Shown here in pieces: positions 49,701 to 58,979 of a stretch of 64,000 bases of DNA. This stretch comes from Desulfobacterales bacterium (lineage in GTDB: Bacteria > Desulfobacterota > Desulfobacteria > Desulfobacterales > UBA5852). Made by a program: the position numbers and the translations under genes. The number at the start of each line of letters is the position of its first letter. The stretch's first letter is position 1. A model generated the notes under the pieces. That model ran no database searches. It was not told where the DNA came from and worked only from the letters and a program-made list of their open reading frames with translations. The stretch lies in NCBI GenBank assembly GCA_963674755.2, contig CAXXVS010000003.1, positions 800,001-864,000 of the forward strand. Reading direction: 5' to 3'.

Positions 49701-52274
49701 GGCGCGCCCCTCGCCGTAGTAGCGCAATCCGGCATTGCCCTGGAGGAGGCCGCAACTGCTGATTTCCGCATCGACCAGCGTGCCCAGGACGCCCTGAACC
49801 GTCTGGCTTATTGCCGGTGAGGGCGGGGTCAGGACAAGACCGGTGGCCTGACCGGCCGTGCCGGCAGCGGCCTGGGGTTTGGGGATGGTTTTTTTCTTGT
49901 TGGGCAAGCCCTTGGGCGCGCTCTTTTTCGTGGGCAGCTGGCCGGCGCCGGTGGATCCGGAACCATTGTGGCCGGTGATGGCGATGGATTCCAGATGGAG
50001 CGGCCCTTGAGCCACCAGATCCTCGCGCACCGCGATCTTTTTAGTCTCGCAATGGATCAGGTAGGCGCGGCCCGCCTTGGCGAACAACGAATTTTCATCC
50101 AAATGAAATTGGCGCTCGTTCGGGCCGGAAAATTGGAATCCCGGTCCCTGGGCGGTTTGAATCCCTTTGATAACCTTGAGATATGGATGATAGCCCGAAG
50201 CGGAGGCCGCCACGGGTTCCACGGCGGACTGGGCATTGTTCATGACCTCGTCGTAGGCGGCGGCCAGAGCATCGGGGGGCCCCTGCTGGATGTCCTCCTC
50301 GGGGAGGGCATAAATGCGTACCGTGTAGTTGCCGCTGTAAGGGTAGCGATGATGATAGACGCGGCCCAGGGGCCGCAATTCCTGATAACCCGGCTGGCTC
50401 AGGTCGATTTCCAGCGGAATCGCGCCGCTGCCGTCGCCCCAGTCGAGAAAGAGGTTGGGCACGTAGGTGGCGATCTGGCCCCCGGCACTGACCTTGGCGT
50501 TGATGTGGGTGGCATAGGGGATCGACTGGATATTGAGTTTGCCGGTGAGTTTCCACTGGTCGTTGGGATAGTTGGCGGTCCGGTTGCCCTTGTCGGGGTT
50601 GTTGATGACAATGGCCGAGGCGCTTGCCGCGCTGCCGCCGCAGGCCAGACCGGTGGGTTTGTCCGGCATGAGCAGGGACCAGCGGTCTGAAATTTCCACC
50701 TCCACGTCTTTGGATTCGACGGTTTTATGCGTCTGGGCGATATCCGTCGGGCTGCTCCCCGGCACCGTTTCCGTTTTGATCGTGGTGGTGGTCCGGTAAC
50801 CGGCGACCTCCCACCAGACATAGAGGTTGCTCAGCCCGTGGGTGACCGTGTTCTGATGCGTCTTCCAGTCTTCGGTCAACAGTTTGAGCAGATAGGCCGT
50901 ATCCATCTGGAAGAAATTCGTGGGGGCGTTGATCTGGAGCCCGTTGACCTCGAACTGGACGGGATCGATGCGCTTTTTATCGATGACAAAGCCGTTTTCA
51001 GTCACGATGCGGAATTCGTACCATTCCGCCAGGCCGGGATTTTCCTCCCGCCAGGAAAAAAGCGTCTGCTCGTTGACGGCCGTGATGAATTGGTTGGATG
51101 TCAGCGTATCTTCAGGGCTGACAAGGGTGATGCGGCCGAGCAGCATGCCCTTCAGGTCCGGAGGGATCAGTTTGGGCGTGGGCTTGGCCACCGCCAGGTC
51201 TTTTTTCGCCAAAACCCAGGCCTTGGCCGGAAAAGCATGCCAGGCCTGGGAGGCGTCGGCCCGCAGGCTCAGGGGGCGCAGACCCGCCGAAGCCCCGCGG
51301 GAGACCGTGACTTTCATGGTAAACCGGGTGGGGGAGAGGACCGCCAGATCTTCGACCGTTATGCCGTCGCCCAGATCCACCGCCAAGCCGCTTTTGAATC
51401 GGGTGCCGGTCACATTGACGTCGTAGGTTCGGCCCTGCACCCACTGATTGGGGGTCAGGGCCGCGACGGACAGGTTGATGCGGGCGGGCCGGGCAGCGGT
51501 TTTTTCGGGCGCCGTCTTTTTCTGTAAGGGCGCCGCAGGCGTCGGGCCGGTCACGGTCAGGGCCGGGGAGGCGATCACCAGGACGGGAACGGCGGCAGGG
51601 GTGTTACCCCCGGCATCGGTCAGGGTGACCTGGCGCGGACCGGGTGCGGCATCGGCGGCTACGTCCAGACTGACCCGCAGGTGGCCACCTTCGGCGACCG
51701 GCGCGGCAGCGGTGATGCCGGCACCGAAGCTGACCGCCGTGACGCCTTCCAGATGGGCGCCTGCCAGGGTCAGGGTGTAGGATCGGCCCCGGCTCAACCG
51801 GTTGGGGGTAATGGATCGGATATGGGGACGCGCCTGGACGGCGACCACGTTGATGCGTGCCGGGCTCTGGTGCGTCTGGTTGTTGTATTGAACCTGGACG
51901 GTGCGCGCCCCGGCCGGCGCGTCGGCCGCGACGTGGAAGGCGACCGTCGCCAGGGAAGCGGCCTCGTTTAGAATGGTGGGATTGCCGGTGGTAATGCCAA
52001 CCCCTAGCGTGACGCGCATATTGTGATGGAGATGCTGCCCGGTGAGGGTCAGCACACCCTCCTGACCTTGAGTGAGCGCCGCAGGGTTGACGGCCTGGAT
52101 CATCGGAAAGGTTGATGGTCTTGCCGGCTGGAGACTGCCGGGGCGATTCGTGACGGTGGGGGCCGGGCGGCGATTTTGAAGCTGGGGTTGGCTTACAGGA
52201 TTGCCTGCTTGGGCCGACTGGACGAAGAGAAGAAACAGTGCAAGCAGCGCAGCAAATAAGGGGTGATGTTTCAT
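46716..52274 (-). CDS. Giant (1852 aa) secreted protein: three IPT/TIG-like Ig repeats, PKD-like domain, long beta-strand-rich C-terminal region
   Basis: Signal peptide ending AQA; repeats IxxxxPxxxxxG...LTGxxL...GxGIT...VAADAxxGxR; DWGDG...HRYPYSGNYTVRI; GAGG RBS. Confidence 0.85.
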   Translation of the reverse strand: MKHHPLFAALLALFLLFVQSAQAGNPVSQPQLQNRRPAPTVTNRPGSLQPARPSTFPMIQAVNPAALTQGQEGVLTLTGQHLHHNMRVTLGVGITTGNPTILNEAASLATVAFHVAADAPAGARTVQVQYNNQTHQSPARINVVAVQARPHIRSITPNRLSRGRSYTLTLAGAHLEGVTAVSFGAGITAAAPVAEGGHLRVSLDVAADAAPGPRQVTLTDAGGNTPAAVPVLVIASPALTVTGPTPAAPLQKKTAPEKTAARPARINLSVAALTPNQWVQGRTYDVNVTGTRFKSGLAVDLGDGITVEDLAVLSPTRFTMKVTVSRGASAGLRPLSLRADASQAWHAFPAKAWVLAKKDLAVAKPTPKLIPPDLKGMLLGRITLVSPEDTLTSNQFITAVNEQTLFSWREENPGLAEWYEFRIVTENGFVIDKKRIDPVQFEVNGLQINAPTNFFQMDTAYLLKLLTEDWKTHQNTVTHGLSNLYVWWEVAGYRTTTTIKTETVPGSSPTDIAQTHKTVESKDVEVEISDRWSLLMPDKPTGLACGGSAASASAIVINNPDKGNRTANYPNDQWKLTGKLNIQSIPYATHINAKVSAGGQIATYVPNLFLDWGDGSGAIPLEIDLSQPGYQELRPLGRVYHHRYPYSGNYTVRIYALPEEDIQQGPPDALAAAYDEVMNNAQSAVEPVAASASGYHPYLKVIKGIQTAQGPGFQFSGPNERQFHLDENSLFAKAGRAYLIHCETKKIAVREDLVAQGPLHLESIAITGHNGSGSTGAGQLPTKKSAPKGLPNKKKTIPKPQAAAGTAGQATGLVLTPPSPAISQTVQGVLGTLVDAEISSCGLLQGNAGLRYYGEGRAKITWSLYQGNTRMVIGSLEENLASPPRTAGGMVLTENTQSTPTPESFATAALPSPVVEMNDTMINQAYALVVEAEVLPELLPLDQVTFVHLLASAGRSSFSAADRSMAHKVLSWLVPEARAAGAGPAGNAQLALFQKSGLKLGVLAPSREGISGRPVTASLNQLTEAKRFPELSVKKEKPYYVQSDPFRYRVKASAPDKPCRFLFPTATGDTFAIGNLDVVNTGGRFKGSGVLDMHLYTGAGGSAERFILPVAIGGWRVADDGLTVTNGNLDISLTYSINGAGMRLQLQKLAARAGQTPMNLTLAAKPADTDLHLTGTPQAPEWTVTAPLSEAGDWYGRDAGGMELEIGNSGFSIAPREVIFDLSAQDGMPANPGGAGPEWAGLHFGEDALLAPNLFDFQVPEANKGHVSDWGVVGTRLVGQTDITTPFATTYKKGTISVAAISVDTTQSSLATYRDMDVHLPWLDAHLQGDARLIYGAPGQEAYFDFAAITQSEVHKDYRAFTMTVRNLLFGNFPQTGWAARSESTLFRFEAEEVVFADNVVVPGIIYSMDGRPVLENGTSIEVPLGGQSTLGFTPVDLVSVRIGCYSSGADLLGFDFTTTFSISEVLSAVEVPVNYGLRQDGNSYEGSGPQVEPFDLEVAFPAGQPRVAATVHIAYTGAGMSAASADASGQGGWSFGVASAYAASGPQDRFAGTVNMAMFNGPPVQAEFRLGYMGGHDYWLMRSTLDLGPAGMPFAPPFLKLYQMRGGLGHNFPLDAFKSTTPITAVTPVADSSYLFMAGMRVGSSDGFVCTMDGDLTVKPGEGARMDFRAWLLDAQHAGNGNFQGYFQYAAGGFDGALAGHFSLLDDNIYFDIPENACTLHFGGSQPWHIYVGQEAGPKVRMHLLIRDADGYMMLDEDALRLGGGVYYYLGASIGHISGELKTGLTVTSQPHVAGYGEGGVRAEVCYKKCISAGISVRVDVSALPVAASARGCVTIPIPFWNPKICRTFSL

Positions 52275-52532
52275 TCATGCACCTCGCTGGAAAGGTTCGT
52301 ACCAGGCAGATCCAACGCCGTTTGAGCAGATTGTTGCCGGCCGCTTAAGACGGCCTTTCTCAACGCATAGGTGTTCTCGAGGCGAACAAAGGTTCAAATC
52401 CGTTTCTTCACAAGTGCCTTTCCCGTTGGAAGGCAGCCCTTTGCTGAGGGACCAAATCCGTGGCGGCCATCATCTCGGGCAGAAGAGATCCACGCTTTTT
52501 AAAAGAGGTTATGGGCGTGCAGGTTTCCCACT

Positions 52533-52548
52533 TGTTATGGGGATAACA
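52533..52548. promoter_or_regulatory. Palindromic candidate operator upstream of the giant-protein operon
   Basis: TGTTAT-GGGG-ATAACA; an extra GTTATGGG copy at 52508-52515. Confidence 0.4.
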
Positions 52549-52905
52549 GCGGATTTTATCGGAATCAGCAGCCATTGCGAGGATGCCCGGGTTGGCGGCG
52601 ATCCCGGCAGGGCGGATATTGGGTGGGGGAGAGAATTTCAATAGGCGGAATGTTCAGGAAAAGGGTTGTCTTCTCTGATGAAAGACTATGTCAGAAAAAC
52701 GATAACCCGTCAACTTGCGGTGTTATTCGGCAAGGGGTGCCGCAGATGTAAAGCGAAATGGGGCGGCCTATCGCGTTTTCCGTGGCGGCTTTCAGCTAGG
52801 GCGCGATCGTCAGCGCCCCGATTTATAGGAAGCCCGCAGGGGCTTTCTGCCGCTGCCTTAAACCGGAGGCACATCATGGCGCCGGCATCCGAAGGTTGAT
52901 GGCCG

Positions 52906-53067
52906 CTAATCGTCGACCAGTTTGGAGATGGCCAGTGCGCAGGCGGCAACCGCATCGTCGGGGCCGTCCAGATTGATGACGTGGTTTTGGAGATCCACAT
53001 CCACAATGGTGCAGCCATGATTCTCAACCGTCATCTTAAGCACGTTGAGGAAGAGCGTATCGTCCAT
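52906..53067 (-). CDS. Small acidic hypothetical protein (53 aa), absent from the ORF track
   Basis: AAGGA RBS; MDDTLFLNVLKMTVENHGCTIVDVDLQNHVINLDGPDDAVAACALAISKLVDD; protein-like alpha-beta-beta-alpha pattern. Confidence 0.75.
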   Translation of the reverse strand: MDDTLFLNVLKMTVENHGCTIVDVDLQNHVINLDGPDDAVAACALAISKLVDD

Positions 53068-53454
53068 GTCAATAAGGGGTTCCTTCTACCGGGTGTCAGC
53101 GGTTGCGTTCGGTCGCCATACCGGCCTTGAATTTCTGGTTGCAGCGGTATGCCTATCGACCTCCGGTCGCGTTTTTTTATCGAACCAAATTGCGCCTACC
53201 CTAGATTCAACCGCCCGGTCTGTCAAGGTCGGTTCTCCCCTAGTCGATCGCCATCCATCGCTTCGGGGTTTTCGAGGCGGGGTTCGTTGGCCTGGATGAG
53301 CGGTCTGACATGGTGTCGGGCCCGATGTCCACAGGCGGCCCGGTCATTTCATGGTCCGCTTGGGCACAGACGACACGACCGCGGCCGTCAAGAGGACGCT
53401 GATGGCTGAAAATGCCATGATGGGCTTGCATTTGCCTGGCAGACCGGCCATTGT

Positions 53455-54318
53455 ATGGGGCAACAGGGGGTAAGGCCGGAGCGCTTTCCCGGGCCGGGAT
53501 ACAACATCATCAACTGCAACCAGACGACATCACCCATGAGCCAACTGCCGGACAAATACAGCCGCAGCGCAATTCTAAATCCCGTCAAGCTGCGCAAAGG
53601 ACAAACCCGCTGGAACCAGTGCGCGGCCGCGGTCCGCGACATCGACGCCGCGCTGCTGGAAGGACCGATGCTCGACTTGGGCAGCGGTGTGGGCTATTTC
53701 GTGCGGGAAGGCCTGCAGCGCGGCCTGAATATCTGGGGCGTGGATGCCAGCGCCGGCAAGCTGGTGCGCTTCTGCAAGCTCGTTCACTACACGGGCGGCC
53801 CTGCAAGGTGGCAGCAGCGCTGCCTGCAGGCGGATGCCGAGGACCTGCCCTTCGGATCCGATTCTTTTGCTCTCGTGAGCTCCTGGTATGTGCTGGAGCA
53901 CCAGCGCAATCCCGGGGTCTCCCTGCGGGAGCTGGTGCGGGTGACCCGTCCCGGCGGGGTGCTGGCCATCAAGGCCCAGGATGCCCGGCGCGGCTGGGAA
54001 GGCCACTGCAAGATCCCCTGGATTCCCTTTCTCTCCCGACGCATGGCCCGGGTCTGGGCGGAAGAATTCGGCGCCGCCATCGAACGGCGGGACGATGTGT
54101 ATGATGTTACCCAGCCCCAGGTCGTTGCCATCCTGGAGAACCTGGGCTGCGAGGTGGTGGTGCGGGCCGCCCCTCCCCAAGCCGTTTTGCCGGACCACTG
54201 GCGAATCGGCACTGAAGACGACGTCCGCCGGGCGGCACGCCACATCCGGGAGCTGCAGGAGACAGGGCGCTGGCGGCCGCCGCCGGAGAATCTCTACCTC
54301 TATGCCGTCAAGCGCTAA
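53455..54318 (+). CDS. Class I SAM-dependent methyltransferase (start may be 53537)
   Basis: MLDLGSGVG, WGVD, ADAEDLPFGSDSF, VLEH, RVTRPGG. Confidence 0.85.
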   Translation: MGQQGVRPERFPGPGYNIINCNQTTSPMSQLPDKYSRSAILNPVKLRKGQTRWNQCAAAVRDIDAALLEGPMLDLGSGVGYFVREGLQRGLNIWGVDASAGKLVRFCKLVHYTGGPARWQQRCLQADAEDLPFGSDSFALVSSWYVLEHQRNPGVSLRELVRVTRPGGVLAIKAQDARRGWEGHCKIPWIPFLSRRMARVWAEEFGAAIERRDDVYDVTQPQVVAILENLGCEVVVRAAPPQAVLPDHWRIGTEDDVRRAARHIRELQETGRWRPPPENLYLYAVKR

Positions 54319-54512
54319 AGCCGCCCCGTCGGCCTGCCGTCGCACCATTCGGGGGTGTTCAGCCGCTATCCGGCGGCGCCTTTCAGGCCGTCCGATGCCC
54401 CGCTTTTTATTCGATTCCTCAAAAAATGAGATGGCGTCATGCAACGTGTGAAATGGCCCGCGGATGTCGAAGCGCCTCAATGCCGTCCAGGCTTTCAACA
54501 TGGTTGTCAAAA

Positions 54513-55361
54513 TCAAAATTCGGTCACTGGCTCCAGGGGCACCTCGGGGTAGATCTGGCCGTGGGCCGGAGGCATGGAATTGTAGACCCACGCGATATCC
54601 ACCGTTCCCAGGGAAATGGCGCGGTAGCGCCGCAGGCCGCGGAAGGTGCCCCGGACCAGCACGTCTTCCATGCCCATGGTGAGACAGAACACGGCCACTT
54701 CCGTCCCGGGCGGGATGCAACGCAGCTCCCGGCCGAAGGCCAGGGGGGCAAAAGCCAGCCGCCGGCTGTCGGCCGCCTGGCACTGGACCACGGGCACCAG
54801 TTCGGGGAAGCCCTCCGGTCCTATGTAGCTGAGGAATTTCAGCGATCCCATCTGATTGAAGAGACCCTCGGCAAAGGGCTTTAAAATGCGCGTCGCATGG
54901 CCGGTGGCGGCGGCCCCCTTTCCCAGGCGCGTGAGCAGCGCTCCGACCACGATGGGGGTCATGGGCAGGGGGGCCGGGGTCGAGGCTTCCACCAGGTCCA
55001 GGTAGTGTACCGTGTTGATGCCGAAATAGCTATTGTAGCGGAACATGGGGATGTCGTTGTAGCGCTGGTATTCGGGCCCCTCCCGGCGCAGGTGGGTCCA
55101 GTGGGCCCGGCCCCGCCAGAAGCGGCGGTCCATGGTCATGATCAGAAAGGCCACCCGGGGATTTCGCTGGATGTACTGCTTGCTCAACCCCTGGCAGAAT
55201 TCACCCAGGGTAATCTGGTCGGGCCGGGGGGCCATGATGGAGGTGATCAGGGAAACATGGGGCCGTCCTTCGGGATTGACGGAGGCGACGATGCCGATCT
55301 TCTCGGCCGGTTCGAAGGCCTTCTGTTCTTCGGCGGTAAAAGCGGTGCGGTTGGCGGTCAT
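54513..55361 (-). CDS. Tandem pyridoxamine 5'-phosphate oxidase-like (FMN-binding split barrel) protein
   Basis: Two related halves: IGIVASVNPEGRPHVSLI and LKFLSYIGPEGFPELVP; ATGA overlap with the activase stop. Confidence 0.75.
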   Translation of the reverse strand: MTANRTAFTAEEQKAFEPAEKIGIVASVNPEGRPHVSLITSIMAPRPDQITLGEFCQGLSKQYIQRNPRVAFLIMTMDRRFWRGRAHWTHLRREGPEYQRYNDIPMFRYNSYFGINTVHYLDLVEASTPAPLPMTPIVVGALLTRLGKGAAATGHATRILKPFAEGLFNQMGSLKFLSYIGPEGFPELVPVVQCQAADSRRLAFAPLAFGRELRCIPPGTEVAVFCLTMGMEDVLVRGTFRGLRRYRAISLGTVDIAWVYNSMPPAHGQIYPEVPLEPVTEF

Positions 55362-56377
55362 GAGGGGATTCCTTCCGAGGTGGTCATCTCAGGCAGGCGG
55401 GTCGATCCGCTCCAATGGACGATCGCCGGATCAACGCCGGAGCGACGGGCCGTGTCGGCCAGGCGTTCCATTACGTCCCGGGGAAGCAGGGGGTGGTCCT
55501 TGAAGGCCCAGTCGCGGTCTATCCGTTGGTACTTGTCCCGGCAGAGGTTGTTGAAGGCGCACAATTCCCAGCGTTCCACAAAGCCGGACAAGTGCTCGGC
55601 CAGCCACTGCCCGATCCCGGCGATGACGGCGGCATCGGCCGTGGCCTCCGGAATCACCGGGGTGCGGATCCACAGCGTGTGCGGCGGATCACCGCCGGCC
55701 ATGCGGTCCCGTATGGCCAGGAGGTTTTCCAGGATCTGGGAGTTGGCGCGCCCTGTCCAGGTGCGGTGGCGGTCCGGGTCGATGGTTTTAAGATCATAGA
55801 GCACCAGGTCGGTGAAGGGCAGAAAGGCGTCCCGCATCGGCCCGGGATAGCAGCCGCAGGTGTCCACGGCCGTGTGGAGGCCTTCCCTTTTCAAAGCCCT
55901 GAGAAAAGCAGCCAGAAAAGGGGCCTGCAAGCCGGGTTCACCCCCGCCGGCGGTCACCCCGCCCCCGTTGGTGAAATAGGCCCGGTCTTTAAGGACTTCG
56001 TGCACCAGATCGCCAAGACGCCAGCGGGTGCCGATCAGCTCCAGGGCCGTGGACGGGCATTCGGCGGCACAGCGCCCGCAGACCGTGCAGCGCGCCCGGT
56101 CGATGGCCAGGCCCGCCGGCGTGACACGCAGCGCGTCTTCCGGGCAGACGGCGGCACAGGTGCCGCAGCCGATGCAGCGGGCGGCAAGCCAATGCAGATC
56201 AGGGCGGGCGGCAATGCTTTCCGGGTTGTGGCACCAGCGGCAGGCCAGGCTGCAGCCCTTGAAAAAGACCGTGGTGCGGATACCCGGTCCGTCCTCGGTG
56301 GACAGCCGCTGGATCTCGAAGAGCAGGGCTTCCTGTTCCTGGTCGGCTTCTGGCAAGGCGGGTGGTTTATTCGGCAT
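55358..56377 (-). CDS. Glycyl-radical enzyme activating enzyme (radical SAM) with ferredoxin insert
   Basis: EDGPGIRTTVFFKGCSLACRWCHNPES; CIGCGTCAAVCP and CTVCGRCAAECP; GGGEP; LYDLK. Confidence 0.95.
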   Translation of the reverse strand: MPNKPPALPEADQEQEALLFEIQRLSTEDGPGIRTTVFFKGCSLACRWCHNPESIAARPDLHWLAARCIGCGTCAAVCPEDALRVTPAGLAIDRARCTVCGRCAAECPSTALELIGTRWRLGDLVHEVLKDRAYFTNGGGVTAGGGEPGLQAPFLAAFLRALKREGLHTAVDTCGCYPGPMRDAFLPFTDLVLYDLKTIDPDRHRTWTGRANSQILENLLAIRDRMAGGDPPHTLWIRTPVIPEATADAAVIAGIGQWLAEHLSGFVERWELCAFNNLCRDKYQRIDRDWAFKDHPLLPRDVMERLADTARRSGVDPAIVHWSGSTRLPEMTTSEGIPS

Positions 56378-56392
56378 GGGGTTGCGGTTTCC

Positions 56393-58909
56393 TTAATAGC
56401 CCTGGTGGCTCACCCGTTCGATGACTTCATTCTGCAGCTCCTTGCCGATGGACGTGAAATAGGCGTTGTAGCCGGTGATCCGGACCAGCAGGTGGGGGTA
56501 GTCCTCCGGATGCTGCTGGGCATCGCGCAGCATGTCCGGGTCCAGCATGTTGACCTGGAGGCAGGTGCCGCCGTTTTCCGCATATCCCCTGAGGAAAGCC
56601 ATGAACTTGCCGCGGTGCTCGGGGTCGCGGATGATGGAGGGGTGAAAGGTGATGGTGTGGCTGGCGCCGTTGGGCAGGCAGTTGCGATAGCCCCCCCAAT
56701 CGCCATATCCGTCCGCAGCCCGTCCTCCCAGGACCTTGCCCACCGAGTTGGCGTTGGCCGTGGGCCCCTTGCTGTCGGCGCCGTTGGAGGGGCAGATGGC
56801 GTTGGAGAGGAACTTGCCCCGGGGCCGTCCGTCCGCGCTGGCCGCCATGACGAAGCCGTCGCCGGCCCAGTAGTTCCAGCTCAGCATGCCCGGCCGGAAC
56901 TGGCGTTGGGTGGAACGGGTGCGGTGCTGCCAGGTGAGGTCGCACCACAGATCCATGACCTGCCGGGCCATGGTGTCGGCCCCCTCGTCGTCCCGGCCGT
57001 ATTTGGGGGCCTTGTTGCGGGCCAGGGCCTGGAGGATATCGAAGCCCTGCCAGTTGGCTTTAAGCGCCGCGATCAGCTCGGCCATGGTGCATTTCTTCTG
57101 ATCGAACACCAGGTATTTAATGGCCAGCAGGGAATCCACGGTGGTGGCGTAGGTGACCGCTTCCAGGGTGGTGAAGTTCAGCTCGGCCCCGCCCCGGGTG
57201 ACGTCCAGCCCCTTTGCGGCACAGCCGCGCACCAGGCAGGAGAGGTAGGGGGTGGGGAAAAACCGGGCCCGAACCGACTCCGAGGCCTCGTAAGTGTCGA
57301 CGCATTTACGGATGATGTAGGCGGTCTGGGCCGTATAGGCCTCCCAGAATTCTTCCCAGCGTTCAAAGGTGGTTGCATCGCCGGTGGCGGGCCCGTCCTG
57401 GGCGATGGGTTCGGTCTTGCCGGTCATGGGGTTGTGGAAGGGCAGCAGGTCCCGGCCGCCGGTCAGAGCCAGCTCAACCGCCTTGAGCAGGTTGAGGTTG
57501 TTGTCCACCGTGCCGGAGCGGTCGTTGCCCGCCATGGTGTTCTCCAGGCAGCCCACCGGGGCGTAGTCGTGGACGTTGTCCGGGTGGATCAGGTGCTGGC
57601 AGCCGGCCCGTTCGGCCTCGCGCATCATGCCGGCCATGGCGCGTTCGTCGAAATTGATCAGGAAGGGAGCGCCCTGGCTGCCGGATATCATGGCCACGAC
57701 TTTGTCCAGCAGGGCCGGCGGGCTGCCCCGGTGCAGCCGCACGTTGGGCTTGGGCTCCAGGATGGGGGACATCTCATCGATGACTTCCAGGATGGCGAAG
57801 GTCAAATCGTTGGTCATGTCCCGGCCGCCGGGTCCCAGGCCGGAAAGGGTGATGAGCTGGCCGAAGCCCGAGGTGATGCCCTGGCGACCGTTGCGGATCA
57901 TGGCGTCGTAGACCGTGTTGCAGTGGATCCAGAAGCATTTCAGGATTTCCTTGCCGAACGCCCGGTCCATGCCCGCCTCGATGGAAGCCCGCCAGTAGGG
58001 CCAGAGGTACTGGTCCATGCGGCCGAAGGAGACCCCGGGGCCCGGATAGTTCTCGTCGCTCATGATAAGCATGTGGTTGAGCCACAAGGCCTGGACCGCC
58101 TCCCAGAAATTGCGCGGCGGCTCCCAGGGGACGCGCGCCAGATTGCCGGCCATGGTTTGCAGTTCCTGCCGGCGCCGGGGGTTTTCTTCCGAGTCGGCCA
58201 TTTTGAGGCACAGGTCGCGGTAGCCCGCCGCCAGCTCCCGGGGCAGGGTGGCGGCCGTCATCATGGCCCGCAGCTGGGCGCCCCGGGGGCCGGCCTGGTC
58301 GGCCGGGCTCAATTTATCGTAGCGGTCTTTCAGGTCGGCGTGGATGCCCTGCCAGCCCTTCTCCAGGGCCATGGGATGATCCGGAATGAGATGTCCGCTG
58401 GTGGCGCCGCTATTGCCGTAGCCGTGGTCGTGGAACCATTTCATGCGGGCCCGGGCCCCGTCTTTTCCCAGCAGGGCCTGGTCGAAGGACTTCTGCTCTT
58501 CTTCAGTGAGGCAGAGGGAGGTCTGGAGGTTGAAGCGGGCGCCGGCCAGCAAATCGCCGGGCAGGAGTTCCCGGGGTACGTGGTGCACCATGACCTCCTT
58601 GACAAACCAGGCCCGGCGCTCGGGCAGCGACCGGGACCAGAAATCACCAGGCAGATCGACGTTGCGGGCGGCCTGGCGAAACGAGCCCCGCAGGGTCTGC
58701 AGCAGGGCATAGGTCTCCGGCACGATATAGAAGGTCATCTCGTTGAACTGGACGTCCCAGGGGGTGCCCGTGGACCAGGCCAGGAACTGGTTGTTCCAGC
58801 GGCGGTTGGTCCCCTCAAAATAATAGTCCCGCAGCCATTGAATGCGGGGGGACAGGTTGGCGGGGGTTTTCAGGGGTGCTTCTTCCGGTTGGGCGACGGC
58901 GGTTGTCAT
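56393..58909 (-). CDS. Glycyl radical enzyme of unassigned class (non-PFL)
   Basis: Gly loop LLVRITGYNAYF, single-Cys loop PVGCLE, SFGRMDQYLWPY, APKYGRDD, LQVNMLD. Confidence 0.93.
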   Translation of the reverse strand: MTTAVAQPEEAPLKTPANLSPRIQWLRDYYFEGTNRRWNNQFLAWSTGTPWDVQFNEMTFYIVPETYALLQTLRGSFRQAARNVDLPGDFWSRSLPERRAWFVKEVMVHHVPRELLPGDLLAGARFNLQTSLCLTEEEQKSFDQALLGKDGARARMKWFHDHGYGNSGATSGHLIPDHPMALEKGWQGIHADLKDRYDKLSPADQAGPRGAQLRAMMTAATLPRELAAGYRDLCLKMADSEENPRRRQELQTMAGNLARVPWEPPRNFWEAVQALWLNHMLIMSDENYPGPGVSFGRMDQYLWPYWRASIEAGMDRAFGKEILKCFWIHCNTVYDAMIRNGRQGITSGFGQLITLSGLGPGGRDMTNDLTFAILEVIDEMSPILEPKPNVRLHRGSPPALLDKVVAMISGSQGAPFLINFDERAMAGMMREAERAGCQHLIHPDNVHDYAPVGCLENTMAGNDRSGTVDNNLNLLKAVELALTGGRDLLPFHNPMTGKTEPIAQDGPATGDATTFERWEEFWEAYTAQTAYIIRKCVDTYEASESVRARFFPTPYLSCLVRGCAAKGLDVTRGGAELNFTTLEAVTYATTVDSLLAIKYLVFDQKKCTMAELIAALKANWQGFDILQALARNKAPKYGRDDEGADTMARQVMDLWCDLTWQHRTRSTQRQFRPGMLSWNYWAGDGFVMAASADGRPRGKFLSNAICPSNGADSKGPTANANSVGKVLGGRAADGYGDWGGYRNCLPNGASHTITFHPSIIRDPEHRGKFMAFLRGYAENGGTCLQVNMLDPDMLRDAQQHPEDYPHLLVRITGYNAYFTSIGKELQNEVIERVSHQGY

Positions 58910-58979
58910 GGATCACCTCCCTGCCGGTCTTCGGCAGCAACGGACCGGGATTGCGACCCGACCCGGATTGAACGCGATA

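Noticed and set aside
52325..52345. Sigma54 promoter for the giant-protein operon
   Set aside because: Best candidate has GG-N9-GC spacing, not the required N10.
56393..58909. Annotation as pyruvate formate-lyase (pflB), CutC or BssA
   Set aside because: No Cys-Cys pair (not PFL), no microcompartment/cut context, and no small-subunit genes; no specific class can be supported.
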